Assembly: GCA_029938605.1 (NCBI GenBank)
Contig: JAOZUO010000002.1
Location: forward strand, 11,365 to 62,872
Direction of reading: 5' to 3'
Source of the DNA: Deltaproteobacteria bacterium
GTDB taxonomy: Bacteria; Myxococcota_A; Polyangia; HGW-17; JAJRWW01
Length of the DNA: 51,508 nucleotides
The position numbers and the translations under genes are program-made. Below the pieces are notes generated by a model, which saw nothing but the letters and a program-made list of their open reading frames with translations, did not search any database and was not told the origin of the DNA. Each line of letters begins with the position of its first letter. Positions within the stretch are counted from its first letter, which is position 1. This document shows positions 42,501-51,508 of the stretch, in pieces.

Positions 42501-45486
42501 ACCGGCCGAACCGCGCGGCGAGCTGCGCCAGAGGCAAGACGAGGAGCGCCTGTGAGTAGGTGTCTCCCAGGGATTTCCACAGGGTGCGTCGTCGTCGGCC
42601 GTGCTCGATCCAGCCCTCCACGCGTTTTTGGCGGTCTGCCCATCGGGGCGCGTCCAACAGGGCGGCGGTGGGCGCGGGATTGTCCGTAAGGAGCCGCGAG
42701 AGGTCCACCAGGCTGCGCTCGGTGGTGCGCGTAGTAGGGACGTCGCCCAGGTGTAGCCGCTCCCGCAGGGGGGGCGACGCGGCGACCAGGTCCGCGAGGG
42801 TTGGCTCGAGTCGATCCAGCGCTTCCTCTACGCGGGGTTCCAGCTCGGGTTCCCAGCCGCCCCGGCGCACAGGGCGCCAGGGATGGTCCGCCAGGTTTCC
42901 CAGGGGACGCGCCGCCACCGCGAGACGGTCCACCGCCTGGTCCAGATCGGCGAGGCGCTCCGAGCTCGTGGCGGCCACGTCGTCGATTTTCAGCCGTACG
43001 CGCTCGGCGTGGCGCAGGGCGAGGAGGCGCCCGGTGACCTCGAATACGCTGCGCCCCAGGGGTCGGGGGTGGTGCAGGGCGTCGGCGTAGTGATTGAGCT
43101 CTCCACGCAGGTCGGCCAGGGTGTTCGCCTGGCGGTTCCAGGAGTCGGGGAAGGGGGCGCCGGCGGTGTTCAGCGCCTGGGCGAACTGCTCGATGACCTC
43201 CCGTTTCTTGGACTTGTTCGAGTGCAGCTCCAGACAGAATGGGGCCAGGCCCACCTGGTCCAGGCGGCTGTGCACCACCTCGAGGGCGGCCAGCTTCTGC
43301 GAGACGAACAGCACCGTCCGGCCCGTAGTCAAAGAGTGCGCGATGAGGTTGGTGATGGTCTGGGACTTGCCGGTCCCCGGCGGGCCCTCGAGCACGAAGC
43401 TGTGGCCTCGGGCCGCTGCGAAAATGGCCGAGAGCTGGGAGGCGTCGGCGTTGAGGGGACAGTAGGTGTCGCCCGGGGCGTGGTCGACGTCCCGGTCCCG
43501 GGGATCCGTAACGCTGGTGTGGGCCCCGGGCGGCTCCTCGTCGCCGCCCTGGGCCACGAGGTGGCGTACCACCGGGTTGTCCAGCAGGGTGGGTGCGTGT
43601 CGCTCCAGGTCGTTCCACATGAGGAATTTGGTGAAGGAGAACAGACCCATTTGGGCTTCGGCGAGCACCTCCCAACCTTTCAGGTCCCGGATGGCGTGGC
43701 TCAGCTCTCCGAGGATCAGCTCCACATTCAGCCCCGAGGTGTCCTGGGGCAGCGTGGTCAGGGAAGGCAGGTCGACGGCGTGGTCGGTCTTGAGCAGCTC
43801 CATGAGGGTCGGATTCAGCCGGGCCTCGTCGTCGGCCAGCCGCAGGCGGAACCGCGCCCCGGCGCGTTCGCGGGCCAGCTCCAGGGGTAGCAGCAGCACG
43901 GGCGCCCGGCGGAGCACCTCTGGGGTCTTGGAGTCGTACCAACCCAGAAATCCGAGGGCGAGAAACAGGGTGGAGATGCCGCCCTCCTGCCGGGCGTTGC
44001 GGGCGGCGCGACTGATGTTGATCAGGCGGCGCTCCAGCTCACCGGTCCCCATGTCAGCGTAGATTCGGCCCGCGGCGAGCTCCTTGTCCAGGTAGGCCGT
44101 CAGGGCGGCGTCGTCCTCGGGATCCGGCAGGGGCGTAGGGGAGGGCATGGATCCGTCGTCGGTCCGTTCCCCCGAGACCATCCATGGGCGGGCGAGGACC
44201 TCCACCTCCCGGCCGGCGGCCAACACATCCTCCAGATCGCCCACTTTGGGCAGGAGCAGTCCAACGGAGCGCTTGGTCTCCTTGAAGTTGAGCAGGCGGT
44301 TGCGCAGGGAGAGATCCAGCAGGGCAGTCTTCCATCGCTGTAGGCGTCGTGGCCCCGCGGGCGCTTGTGGCTCCGCGGGCGTGGGCGACCCAGACCGGCT
44401 GGCTCCACTGGCCAGGGGGCCCACGTGCTCCACGGGCGCTGGGGTCGGTGAGGGGCGATTCTCGGCAGCGGCAACCTCGAAGCCTTGATCCCGGATCCGT
44501 GAGGGCAGGGGCCGGATGGAGGCGCGCCGAGCACCTTCCACGTCGATGGCGTACTCGAAGAGATCGCCCTTGTCCAGGTGGGCGCTGGCGGTGGTTTCGG
44601 CCTCTTCGAAGGACACAGGCGGGCGTTGTGTTGCCACCGTGGGATCGAACACGGTGAGCTCCCCGCGGCCCAATCGGCGCGAGATGAGCTCAGCGTCGTC
44701 GGTGGCGGGGCTCGGGAGCTTGCCGGGGACGAGCCAGCATCCGGCGAAGGCGTGGCCGCGTTGCAAAAACACCAGCGGCCGCAGGCCGGCCTGCTCCAGG
44801 GCGGCCGCGGCCAGGAGCGACAGGTCCAGGCAGGTGCCCATGCGCGTGGTCAACACCAGCTCCGGGGTGCGGACCTTCTGCCCCTCGGCCTCGAAGCTTG
44901 CCGGCGGGTGCACGTAGCTGATTCCCAGGGACTGCACCGCCGCGTACACCGCCGCCACGACCTGGCGTACCCGGATGGGATCGGAGGCGTCGTAGCCGCT
45001 CAGGGTCGGGTCCCGGGTCCATCGCTCCAGGTGGTCTCGCGCCGCGGCGAGCACCGATCCCACGTCCGGATGGTTGGGCAGAACGTAGGCGGCCAACAGC
45101 TCGGGCAGGGTACAGAGCCCAGGCCACTCGTTGTAGGCCAGCAGCGCCAAGGGGTGCGTCTCTTCGTGAAGCACCCGCTCGCCGGCCAGCACAGCCAGGG
45201 TCAGTTGCCCCTCCTCGAGCTCGGTCATGTTCACCAGGCGCTCGGGATCCAGGGGCAGGGCAATGCGGGGGATGGAGTGGGTGTCGCCCATGGCGATGCG
45301 AGCCACCCGGCCGGACCAGCGCTCGCCGAGGTCCGGCTCGACCCACAGCCGCACCTCCAGATCCACCAGGTCCACCGGGCCCGTGTTTCGGAGCTGCAGT
45401 AGCCGAACCAGGGGTACGCCGTTTTGCTGGGCCGCGCCCGACACCCGGCGATCGTAGCTCAGGGAGATTTCCAGCGGAGGGGACAT
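39517..45486 (-). CDS. DUF4011 - SF1 (UPF1-like) helicase - Vsr-like nuclease - DUF3320 protein (Hhe-type defence candidate)
   Basis: W...LLDLSLRNRLLN (DUF4011), GPPGTGKSQTI, FDEASQ, GDSRQLPP, HYRSR, VQGDERD, RRLNVAVTRA, DLAV...GIEGDG...RDRD...LGW...RIWSVDW, ESPI. Confidence 0.9.
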   Translation of the reverse strand: MSPPLEISLSYDRRVSGAAQQNGVPLVRLLQLRNTGPVDLVDLEVRLWVEPDLGERWSGRVARIAMGDTHSIPRIALPLDPERLVNMTELEEGQLTLAVLAGERVLHEETHPLALLAYNEWPGLCTLPELLAAYVLPNHPDVGSVLAAARDHLERWTRDPTLSGYDASDPIRVRQVVAAVYAAVQSLGISYVHPPASFEAEGQKVRTPELVLTTRMGTCLDLSLLAAAALEQAGLRPLVFLQRGHAFAGCWLVPGKLPSPATDDAELISRRLGRGELTVFDPTVATQRPPVSFEEAETTASAHLDKGDLFEYAIDVEGARRASIRPLPSRIRDQGFEVAAAENRPSPTPAPVEHVGPLASGASRSGSPTPAEPQAPAGPRRLQRWKTALLDLSLRNRLLNFKETKRSVGLLLPKVGDLEDVLAAGREVEVLARPWMVSGERTDDGSMPSPTPLPDPEDDAALTAYLDKELAAGRIYADMGTGELERRLINISRAARNARQEGGISTLFLALGFLGWYDSKTPEVLRRAPVLLLPLELARERAGARFRLRLADDEARLNPTLMELLKTDHAVDLPSLTTLPQDTSGLNVELILGELSHAIRDLKGWEVLAEAQMGLFSFTKFLMWNDLERHAPTLLDNPVVRHLVAQGGDEEPPGAHTSVTDPRDRDVDHAPGDTYCPLNADASQLSAIFAAARGHSFVLEGPPGTGKSQTITNLIAHSLTTGRTVLFVSQKLAALEVVHSRLDQVGLAPFCLELHSNKSKKREVIEQFAQALNTAGAPFPDSWNRQANTLADLRGELNHYADALHHPRPLGRSVFEVTGRLLALRHAERVRLKIDDVAATSSERLADLDQAVDRLAVAARPLGNLADHPWRPVRRGGWEPELEPRVEEALDRLEPTLADLVAASPPLRERLHLGDVPTTRTTERSLVDLSRLLTDNPAPTAALLDAPRWADRQKRVEGWIEHGRRRRTLWKSLGDTYSQALLVLPLAQLAARFGRWANAFFLLAWIMLWTGRRTLKAVSRQGSIPPSRDIGSHLSAAQRVNAEDGHLSTAAGEGERLFGRRWQGADSDWNELDEVLIWCARFRTQIAILTDGLDAVAADKVRAHLMRLACEEPEQGGADHPTGKALARLVAARDTFDARRGDLVALLTLDADLAWGAPEAPDHLAWLGHRLTAWRTALPELRPWCQFRAAANEAVTLGLQPLLHGLETGQVDADGLTDCFDRSFHRAWLDAVTAAEPALRDFHGAGHERSISRFRDLDDQLMGLVQKESYARLADSVPDPGQGAVAGSELAVLLREIQKKRRHLPVRQLFEKIPGLVPRLKPCVLMSPLSIAQYLDPALPPFDLVIFDEASQIPVSDAIGAIARGRQLLVVGDSRQLPPTNFFGRSDSEDNPSEDDFGELESILDECVAAGLPRCRLRWHYRSRHEHLIAFSNLHYYGGSLLTFPAAGTDPQRLGVRWIPVDGIYDKGATRTNRAEAEAVVAEILHRLQTPADQGRSIGVVTFSQPQQTLIENLLEEARRAHPEIDPFFRDDRPEPVFVKNLENVQGDERDVMMFSICYAKDRHGKISMHFGPLNRVGGERRLNVAVTRAREQLLVFSTLRPEHMNLTKTRAVGVHHLHAFLRYAAGGPGALSESFAQSTPSDAPTHGAVGPEDPLVADLHATLLKRGWDLAPKVGCSKARVDLAVTDPAAPDGYLLGIEGDGVVYRQGETARDRDSLRPAVLERLGWRMHRIWSVDWFRSPDAELARLDQALADARKDARASVEPKAKPKAETEAKTDTSNNGELAEPSAMELVTNAASQAHQAVLPGSSRYVPASLEVIGTPEEFDTPAATRQIQSLLRQLQAAESPISLERLVHRVTDCWDISRVTGRVRQRVLGLVDEDLAHRVDDFFWSTDQDPDTYREIRTPTQDPQSDRAAEDIPPQELANAMAVLLTQNISLPTEELCKSTARVFGISRVGNRVRAQLDLALGLLLNTGRALRHNDRVALP

Positions 45487-45671
45487 ATAGCGGAGAAGAG
45501 TACCCCGAAGCCGCTATGGTTGCGAAGAGGGATTCTCCATGAAAAATGGCTCTGTCGGCCCGTAGATCACAGCATTGGGTTCCACGCGGGTTTGGAACCG
45601 GCCGAATCCGCCCTCCCTCCTCGATAAGCAAATGCTTGAAAGATTACGATATTTACAGGAACATTCTCGCA

Positions 45672-48600
45672 ATGCGTTCCGCGATCAACAGGGTGTTGTC
45701 AGTTCGCCCGAAGCGCGACAATCGTCCTGTTTTTGTCGCCGGATCTGTGGGGCTGGCGATCGCCTTGTGGCCCACGGTGGCCTGGGCGTTACCCGGGCCG
45801 GAGGTGGTGATTCCGGTTGCGGCCGCCGTGGGACAGTTGCTTGTCTTGTCGGCGTGGATGGGCAGACATCTGTTGCGCCGGGTTCGACGCACCAAGTGGC
45901 GATGGGCCATTGTGGGCGGCTTCTGTCTGGCGTCCATCGTTGTGTTCAATCTCCCGTTTACGCTGGTGGCGCTCGGACTTTTCGGGGCGTTCACCGCGAA
46001 GCGTTGGTCCCGTCGGTGTGCCTGGGGCTGTCTACTCCTCGCCGTGATCCTCGTGTCCCTCAGGACGACCTGGCCGGGTCCGCTCCCTCCGGTCAAGTCC
46101 TATGACAGCACCGCCAGGCCAGTAGGGCCATTTCCCAAAACCGAGGCCCAGGTGCTGCGGAAAAGGCCCATGCACCTGATCCTGCTGGGTGAGCAGGAGG
46201 ACTTTGCCAATTGTCGCCCCGCTGCCGGCAGGTTGGTACGTCCCGCTGATTTCGCCGCCGCCAGGCGTAGCTTTGAAGAGTGCTCACATCCTGTGGTGAT
46301 TCTGGTGCCGCCGACCTCGAATATGGTTGACGCGCGGCGGACCCTCGGGCGCACCCGTCCGAATGTTCATCTGGTGCTCTTTACGCAGGCGTATCCCAAT
46401 CCACCCGATCAGGGGGCGATCTGCTACGAGCCGCCGCTCGATTTCTTCTTGCGGGCTCTGGTGCCCCGAAAATGGCTAGTCAAGTCCATCCTGAGCGCTC
46501 CCATTGAGTTGGAACAGGCGCCATGGTTGCGTCCAATGGATGTCGCGGAGCTTGTTCATCGTCGTCCGGAGGTGCAGGTGGTGGACGCGTCGTGGGTCCT
46601 TCGCCAGCCCACTGACCGGATGGGCGATCTCCTGGACGGACCGGTGGTGCTCGTACATGGGGACGTTCGAAAACTGGGGGCCGCGGCAAGACTGCTGACC
46701 GGGCAGTCCGTTCGGATACTGGGGTTGTGCCGTTTGGATGGGAGCCTCCCGGGGCGGCTGGAGAGGACACCGCTGTCGACCACATCGCTTTGGGCTGGCA
46801 TGGCCCTGGCGGTGTTGCTGGTGTGGCTGTTGGGCGCGGTCGGTCGGTTTGCAGCGTTCACTGCCGAAGTCCGTTTCCTCGTTGGTCGGTGGTCCTGGTC
46901 GGCAAGGGGAGTTCTGGTGGCCGGAGGTAGGTTCGGCGCCCTGGCTGCCGCCGCGTTGGTGGCCTGGCACCTGGGCAATCGCGCCGTTGGGCCCGACCTT
47001 GCCCATTGGGTGACACCGACCATGGTTGGGTCTCATGCGCTCGCTTTGGGGACACTGTGGTTGGTGCTGCTCACCCTCGGCCTCTGGCTGTTGGTGGCGG
47101 GTCTTCCGGCGAGGTGGCGTTGGGGCGCCATGGCGGTGTTTGGGGTCGGGTCGATCCCACTGTTTATCGGGCTTGCGCGCGGTCCCCAGGTCCTGCCATT
47201 GCATCTGGCCGTCACGGGGATCGGGCTGATCGGGGGAGCGCTGATCGAGCGCGCATGGGCGGCGGTGTGGGCCTGGCGAGCCCGAACCCGCGGTGGAAAG
47301 TGTCCGGGCTGGGCGTGTCTTGAGTGGGTGGCCGGCCTCGATGCCGCGGGTGGCAAGGCGAGACGGCTGGCGGACTGTTCTCGCAGGGAGCCACAGGTTC
47401 CTCCCGGGTTGGTCATTTGGACGGATCGGAACGGGCAGGTGGGGAGGAGGGAGCGCTGGGTGATCAGGCTGTTTTGGGGCAGCTTGCCGCTGCTGGTTCG
47501 CAGCACATCCCTGGAGGAAGATCGCAAGGAGGCAACTGGAGCGGGACGGTTCGAGTCGTCCACCTGTCTTGACCCCGCTCGCCTGGAGGAAACGATCAAG
47601 GAGGTTGTCGCCGGCTACGGGGCGACGTCGGGCCCGCTGCCCGCGGTGCTTGTCATGCCCCTTGTGGAGTGCACCCGAGCGGGTGTGGCACAGGACCCCT
47701 ATATCGGCACCCAGACTGTTTTGGTAGAGGAGAGTGAACAGCGCGATGGCGTGACCGCCGGAAGAGCCGGGCGCCAGCATTTTTGGGGGCGCCACAGTCG
47801 TCGCTGGCTGAATCAGAGCGAGGCGACACCGGAGCTCGAGGGCGTGGCCAGGTTGCTTGAACGCCAGCGTGCGTCGTCCCCTCGCTACCTGGAATGGCTC
47901 GCCCGGGATCGAGTCGCCTGGCTCGTGCAGAGTCGTCCGGCTCCCGTGGGGGTGAAGGCGGATCAGGGGGATTTGGAGACCTCTATCATTTCGGCGATTG
48001 AGCCTCCTGACCGACCCCGCCAGATCTGGCTGAAGAGGGCCGCTGAGGGGTTGCCTCCCGTGGCATCCGTCGATACGGCGGCGTTTTGGGCGGACGTGTG
48101 GCGACGAGATGGGGCGTTGGGGGATGCGTTGGCGCTCCTGGGTGTCCCTCGTATTTTGGTTCCCCGGCGGGCGATGATTTCTGCCTGGGGCGCCGCCTGG
48201 TCCATCAGCGGAGCCGTATTCGACATCGTTCGGTTGGTCCAGCTCCGGTTGCTCGGCGGGCTACTGATTCCCGGCCGGTCGATCCCGCGGGTGGCCGGAG
48301 CTTTGGCGTATCGTGCCGCGGGGGAGGCCGAAGGGTTTCGGCAAACGGCGGCGTACTCCATTGCGCTGCGTCTTTTGGAGCCTTTCCTGGAAGAGGAGTC
48401 TGGAGCTGCGCCGCCGGTTTCGCCGACGGTTCTATTCGCTCGAGCCCTCTGTAAGGCCGGCTCAGTGGAGGGGGTGCCCGACCGCTTCAAACATCGCGCC
48501 CAGTGGGATTTGGATCCCGCTTGCGCCCGCTATGGCGAGGTCGGGGACCATCGTTGGCTCCCCTCGGACCAGCCGCCCCGGCGCCCGATGGCCGAGCCTC

Positions 48601-49097
48601 CTCGCGTCTTGGACAAGAGATGGTGTGCCTATTTTCGCGACTGCCTGCACGACCTTCTTGTTTGGGAGGTTGCGTGCAAGCGCGCATCCGAGCCCGTGTG
48701 GGGAAGCGTACAGTCCTATGCCGGGGCCACTCCCGAGACGGACCAGCTGACGCTCATGGATGTTGAATCCATCGGCCTGCCCTTGCGCAGTGAAACAACC
48801 GTCGGCCGTGGTATCTGGGTCTCCGGATCCGGGCCGATTCAAGGACGCGCCGACCGTACGATGGTTGGTCCTGCGCCCGGCCGTGTCCTGGTCATCGACA
48901 CCCCCACCGCGGAGGTCGCGGCGCACTTTGAAGGGTACGACGCCGTGGTGGCCGCGCGCGGGGGAGCGCTCTCTCATGCCGCGCTGGTAGCCCGTGAGTG
49001 CGGGGTGCCCGCTCTGTTCGGCGTGGGGTCTGGGGCGATCGTCGGCGAAGGGACTGTTCGTCTTGAGGAGGACGGCCGCGTCACGTGGGATGATTGA
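45672..49097 (+). CDS. Diverged membrane protein with PEP/pyruvate-binding (ATP-grasp) and phosphohistidine swivel domains
   Basis: Multiple hydrophobic helices; GGKARRLA...VPPG, VRST..EED...AGRFES, EW...WLVQSRP, RGGALSHAALVARECGVPA; atypical codon usage; start uncertain. Confidence 0.75.
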   Translation: MRSAINRVLSVRPKRDNRPVFVAGSVGLAIALWPTVAWALPGPEVVIPVAAAVGQLLVLSAWMGRHLLRRVRRTKWRWAIVGGFCLASIVVFNLPFTLVALGLFGAFTAKRWSRRCAWGCLLLAVILVSLRTTWPGPLPPVKSYDSTARPVGPFPKTEAQVLRKRPMHLILLGEQEDFANCRPAAGRLVRPADFAAARRSFEECSHPVVILVPPTSNMVDARRTLGRTRPNVHLVLFTQAYPNPPDQGAICYEPPLDFFLRALVPRKWLVKSILSAPIELEQAPWLRPMDVAELVHRRPEVQVVDASWVLRQPTDRMGDLLDGPVVLVHGDVRKLGAAARLLTGQSVRILGLCRLDGSLPGRLERTPLSTTSLWAGMALAVLLVWLLGAVGRFAAFTAEVRFLVGRWSWSARGVLVAGGRFGALAAAALVAWHLGNRAVGPDLAHWVTPTMVGSHALALGTLWLVLLTLGLWLLVAGLPARWRWGAMAVFGVGSIPLFIGLARGPQVLPLHLAVTGIGLIGGALIERAWAAVWAWRARTRGGKCPGWACLEWVAGLDAAGGKARRLADCSRREPQVPPGLVIWTDRNGQVGRRERWVIRLFWGSLPLLVRSTSLEEDRKEATGAGRFESSTCLDPARLEETIKEVVAGYGATSGPLPAVLVMPLVECTRAGVAQDPYIGTQTVLVEESEQRDGVTAGRAGRQHFWGRHSRRWLNQSEATPELEGVARLLERQRASSPRYLEWLARDRVAWLVQSRPAPVGVKADQGDLETSIISAIEPPDRPRQIWLKRAAEGLPPVASVDTAAFWADVWRRDGALGDALALLGVPRILVPRRAMISAWGAAWSISGAVFDIVRLVQLRLLGGLLIPGRSIPRVAGALAYRAAGEAEGFRQTAAYSIALRLLEPFLEEESGAAPPVSPTVLFARALCKAGSVEGVPDRFKHRAQWDLDPACARYGEVGDHRWLPSDQPPRRPMAEPPRVLDKRWCAYFRDCLHDLLVWEVACKRASEPVWGSVQSYAGATPETDQLTLMDVESIGLPLRSETTVGRGIWVSGSGPIQGRADRTMVGPAPGRVLVIDTPTAEVAAHFEGYDAVVAARGGALSHAALVARECGVPALFGVGSGAIVGEGTVRLEEDGRVTWDD

Positions 49098-49175
49098 GGT
49101 CGCGCGGTAGCGAAGAGGAATACCCCAACGGGAGTGACCATGGTACGGTCCGGGCCGCGAATGGAGGTGCGACGT

Positions 49176-50147
49176 ATGCGAAGCCACTTGTACATTTGGA
49201 TCCTGGGCCTGGCCCTCGCGCTTTCCGGTTGCTCCAAGGCGTCTGACAAGCCCGGGGCTTCCAAGAAGAAGGCGACCGTCCTGTCGTCGATTCCCGAGAA
49301 GGTGACCGTGAAGCTGCTCACCGCCGGGAGCGGACCCAAGCAGAAGCTCCGCTATCGCTTCGGGGCTCCCCAGACCCATCAGGTGGTGGTGACCATCGCC
49401 ATGTCCGTGGGCGTGTCCACTCAGAAGCGCTCGGTTCCCGTGCAGAAGATGCCCGAGATGCAGATGCACCTGACCCTGGACCACCGCGCGGTCTCGCCCA
49501 CCGGGACGTTGCAGTACGCCTTCCGGTTGACCCGGGCCGGGCTGACGGGGGAGGGCGGTGGCGCCATGAAACAGCGCTTTTCGAAGGTGCTTGGGCCGGC
49601 TCTCGGGCTGCTCAAGGGGTTGACCGGTAGCGGCGAGGTTACGCCGCGAGGAGTGGCGACGCACGCGAAGCTGAAGATTCCGGATACCATCCCCGGTTCG
49701 GCCCGCAAGGCGGTGCAGAGCCTGCAGGAGCAGATCCAGCAGCTCGCTACCCCGTTGCCCTTGGAAGCCGTGGGCGTGGGCGCGCAGTGGGAAGTGCTCA
49801 AGCCCTTGACGCGTTCTACCCTGCGCATGGCCCAGTCCGCGCAGTACACCCTGGAAAAGGTGCAGGGCTCAAAGGTCACCTTCGCCCTGCGTATCGAGCA
49901 GTTCGCGCCGTCGCAGGATCTCACCTCCAGCGTGCTGCCGCGCGGAGCCAAGGCCGCGCTGCACTCCTTGAAGTCCACCGGGAAGGGGCGCTTTGAGATC
50001 GACCTGACCCGTCCCGTGCCCCGGGGCTCGTTGCGCTACGAGACGACCATGGATCAGACCATCTCGGCGGGAGGCAAGAGCCGACGTATGCAGTTGACTC
50101 TGAAGGTGAACGCGCGGTTCACGCCGGTTGCCGCGCCCGCGCAGTGA
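49176..50147 (+). CDS. Hypothetical lipoprotein (DUF6263-like)
   Basis: GGAGG RBS; lipobox LSG-C; LLTAG..P...LRY, PLPLEAVGVGAQW. Confidence 0.7.
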   Translation: MRSHLYIWILGLALALSGCSKASDKPGASKKKATVLSSIPEKVTVKLLTAGSGPKQKLRYRFGAPQTHQVVVTIAMSVGVSTQKRSVPVQKMPEMQMHLTLDHRAVSPTGTLQYAFRLTRAGLTGEGGGAMKQRFSKVLGPALGLLKGLTGSGEVTPRGVATHAKLKIPDTIPGSARKAVQSLQEQIQQLATPLPLEAVGVGAQWEVLKPLTRSTLRMAQSAQYTLEKVQGSKVTFALRIEQFAPSQDLTSSVLPRGAKAALHSLKSTGKGRFEIDLTRPVPRGSLRYETTMDQTISAGGKSRRMQLTLKVNARFTPVAAPAQ

Positions 50148-50279
50148 CATCTTTTTTCATTTCTCGGGGATCTTTTCGGGCTTGGGCGCGTATCCAGGAC
50201 ATCTGACACCACAACTGAAACCGAGCGGGAATTTGCGGCTGCGGGCCCGTAGGGACCTGGCTCACCACAGGAGGGAAAC

Positions 50280-51508
50280 ATGCGTAGGATCGCTTCGACG
50301 TACGCCTGCATCTTGATCGGTGCGGTGTTGGTAGTTGGCTGTAACAAGGAATCGGTGGTGTTGGTGTATGAGCCCGGGCCCGAGCGGCCCCGGCATCGTC
50401 CGCGGACGCTTTCCGAGCCCCGGGACGTACCTGTGGCTCGGGTGAAGGCGCGACCCCGGAGGCGGGCCGCACCCGTGGGGAAGCTGCCCGACAGCCAGCC
50501 CGTCAAGCTGGCGAGCCTTCTGCCGGCGAATCTGATCGGTACCCCGCTGCACGGCCGGGTGGACAAGCTCTCGTTGGCCAAGCCCATGGTGCACGGGAAT
50601 CTCACCATCTACCCGGTGCTCTCGGACGAAAAGCCCCTGGCCAAGCCTGTGCTTACCATCGACCAGGCGTTCAAGAAGCGTAAGCTCGTTGTCACCGAAG
50701 AGGGGTCGGCTCAGGTGCCGCGGGTGGCTGTGTCCAAGGCTGCCGGGGAGCACATCTTCGTCATGACCGGTGAGATGTTCATCGGCGCCCGACAGGACCG
50801 AATCTCCAAACACGACGCGCTCCTTCCCTCGGCCAAGGGGCGTTTCAAGTTGCCGGTGTACTGCGTGGAGCAGGGGCGTTGGGGCGGAGGGAACACCTTC
50901 AAGTCCGGCAACAATGTGGCTACCCAGTCCCTACGAAAATCGGCTGTACGCAAAAAGAGTCAGTCCGAGGTGTGGAGCAAGGTTTCCAAGAAGACCTCCC
51001 AGGTCAAGGCGCGGACCTCCACCCAGACCATGGCAGCCACGTACAAGTCCAAGCTCTTCACGAAAAAGAGCCCTGCATACCTGAAGGTCTTCACCTCGTT
51101 GCCGAAAAAATACCCCAAGAGCGTGGGCGTCCTGGTGGTGATCAACAAGGCCATCGTCAGCTTTGACGTGTTTGTGACCCATGGGCTCTTTGACGGGCTG
51201 TGGGCCAAGTTGATCAAGGCCTTCGTCCTGGACGCCATCGACCCGCACTTCAAGGGGTCGCCCTTTCACCACGCCCGGTCGAAGCAGTTCTTCGACAAGC
51301 TCTCGCGGGCGAAGTACAAAAAGGCCAAGTCTCCGGGCATGGGAGAGGAGTTCCTCATCGCCTCCCCGGACATTACCGGCTCGGTGCTCGTGGCGAAAAA
51401 CCGGTTGGTGCACTTCGCCCTGTTTCCGGAGAAGGAGGAGAAGATCCGCGGCTTCGTGCGCGGCAACAAGGTGTCGGCTCCAGGTTCTCCCCCGAGCCGC
51501 AAGGGCTA
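50280..51508 (+). CDS. DUF6569/ARPP-1-like domain lipoprotein; partial, runs off the window
   Basis: Not in the ORF track. AGGAGG then ATG 50280: MRRIASTYACILIGAVLVVG-C...NLTIYPV...GEMFIGARQDR...PVYCVEQGRW...SQSEVW...D.F...LF..LW.KL; no stop seen before the window end. Confidence 0.8.
   Translation, partial: MRRIASTYACILIGAVLVVGCNKESVVLVYEPGPERPRHRPRTLSEPRDVPVARVKARPRRRAAPVGKLPDSQPVKLASLLPANLIGTPLHGRVDKLSLAKPMVHGNLTIYPVLSDEKPLAKPVLTIDQAFKKRKLVVTEEGSAQVPRVAVSKAAGEHIFVMTGEMFIGARQDRISKHDALLPSAKGRFKLPVYCVEQGRWGGGNTFKSGNNVATQSLRKSAVRKKSQSEVWSKVSKKTSQVKARTSTQTMAATYKSKLFTKKSPAYLKVFTSLPKKYPKSVGVLVVINKAIVSFDVFVTHGLFDGLWAKLIKAFVLDAIDPHFKGSPFHHARSKQFFDKLSRAKYKKAKSPGMGEEFLIASPDITGSVLVAKNRLVHFALFPEKEEKIRGFVRGNKVSAPGSPPSRKG

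Noticed and set aside
45622-45660. AT-rich GCAAATGCTTGAAAGATTACGATATTT between the divergent genes as a recombination site
   Set aside because: No clear dyad symmetry or partner site; could simply be promoter sequence

Overview
High-GC bacterial chromosomal segment; the Hanks kinase, VIT-VWA protein, alpha-2-macroglobulin, Cys-rich lipoprotein and TPR-zincin suggest Myxococcota/deltaproteobacterial origin (inference). Housekeeping genes: an acyltransferase-gpsA-HAD phosphatase lipid operon, a larE-like gene, yajC-secD-secF-recJ and an enoyl-CoA hydratase. Accessory genes: a ~6 kb block after the alpha-2-macroglobulin gene, a DUF4011/helicase/Vsr/DUF3320 (Hhe-type) protein and a diverged membrane PEP-utilising enzyme. 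Signals the ORF track misses: (1) a candidate small selenoprotein at 4340-4645 (in-frame UGA followed by a SECIS-like hairpin); (2) a free-standing paralog of the neighbouring kinase's C-terminal coiled coil, aligned gaplessly over 158 aa; (3) a degenerate copy of the macroglobulin 3' end at 34835-34897 bounding a block that carries an E1alpha-beta / lipoyl-hexapeptide-acyltransferase / methyltransferase cassette; (4) two ~158-bp MITE-like elements at stop codons sharing a covarying internal fold; (5) a 20-bp motif at two apparent gene breakpoints, one truncating an uncalled Fic-family gene. No rRNA, tRNA or CRISPR array was seen. All family calls come from motif recognition by eye; no database searches were run.
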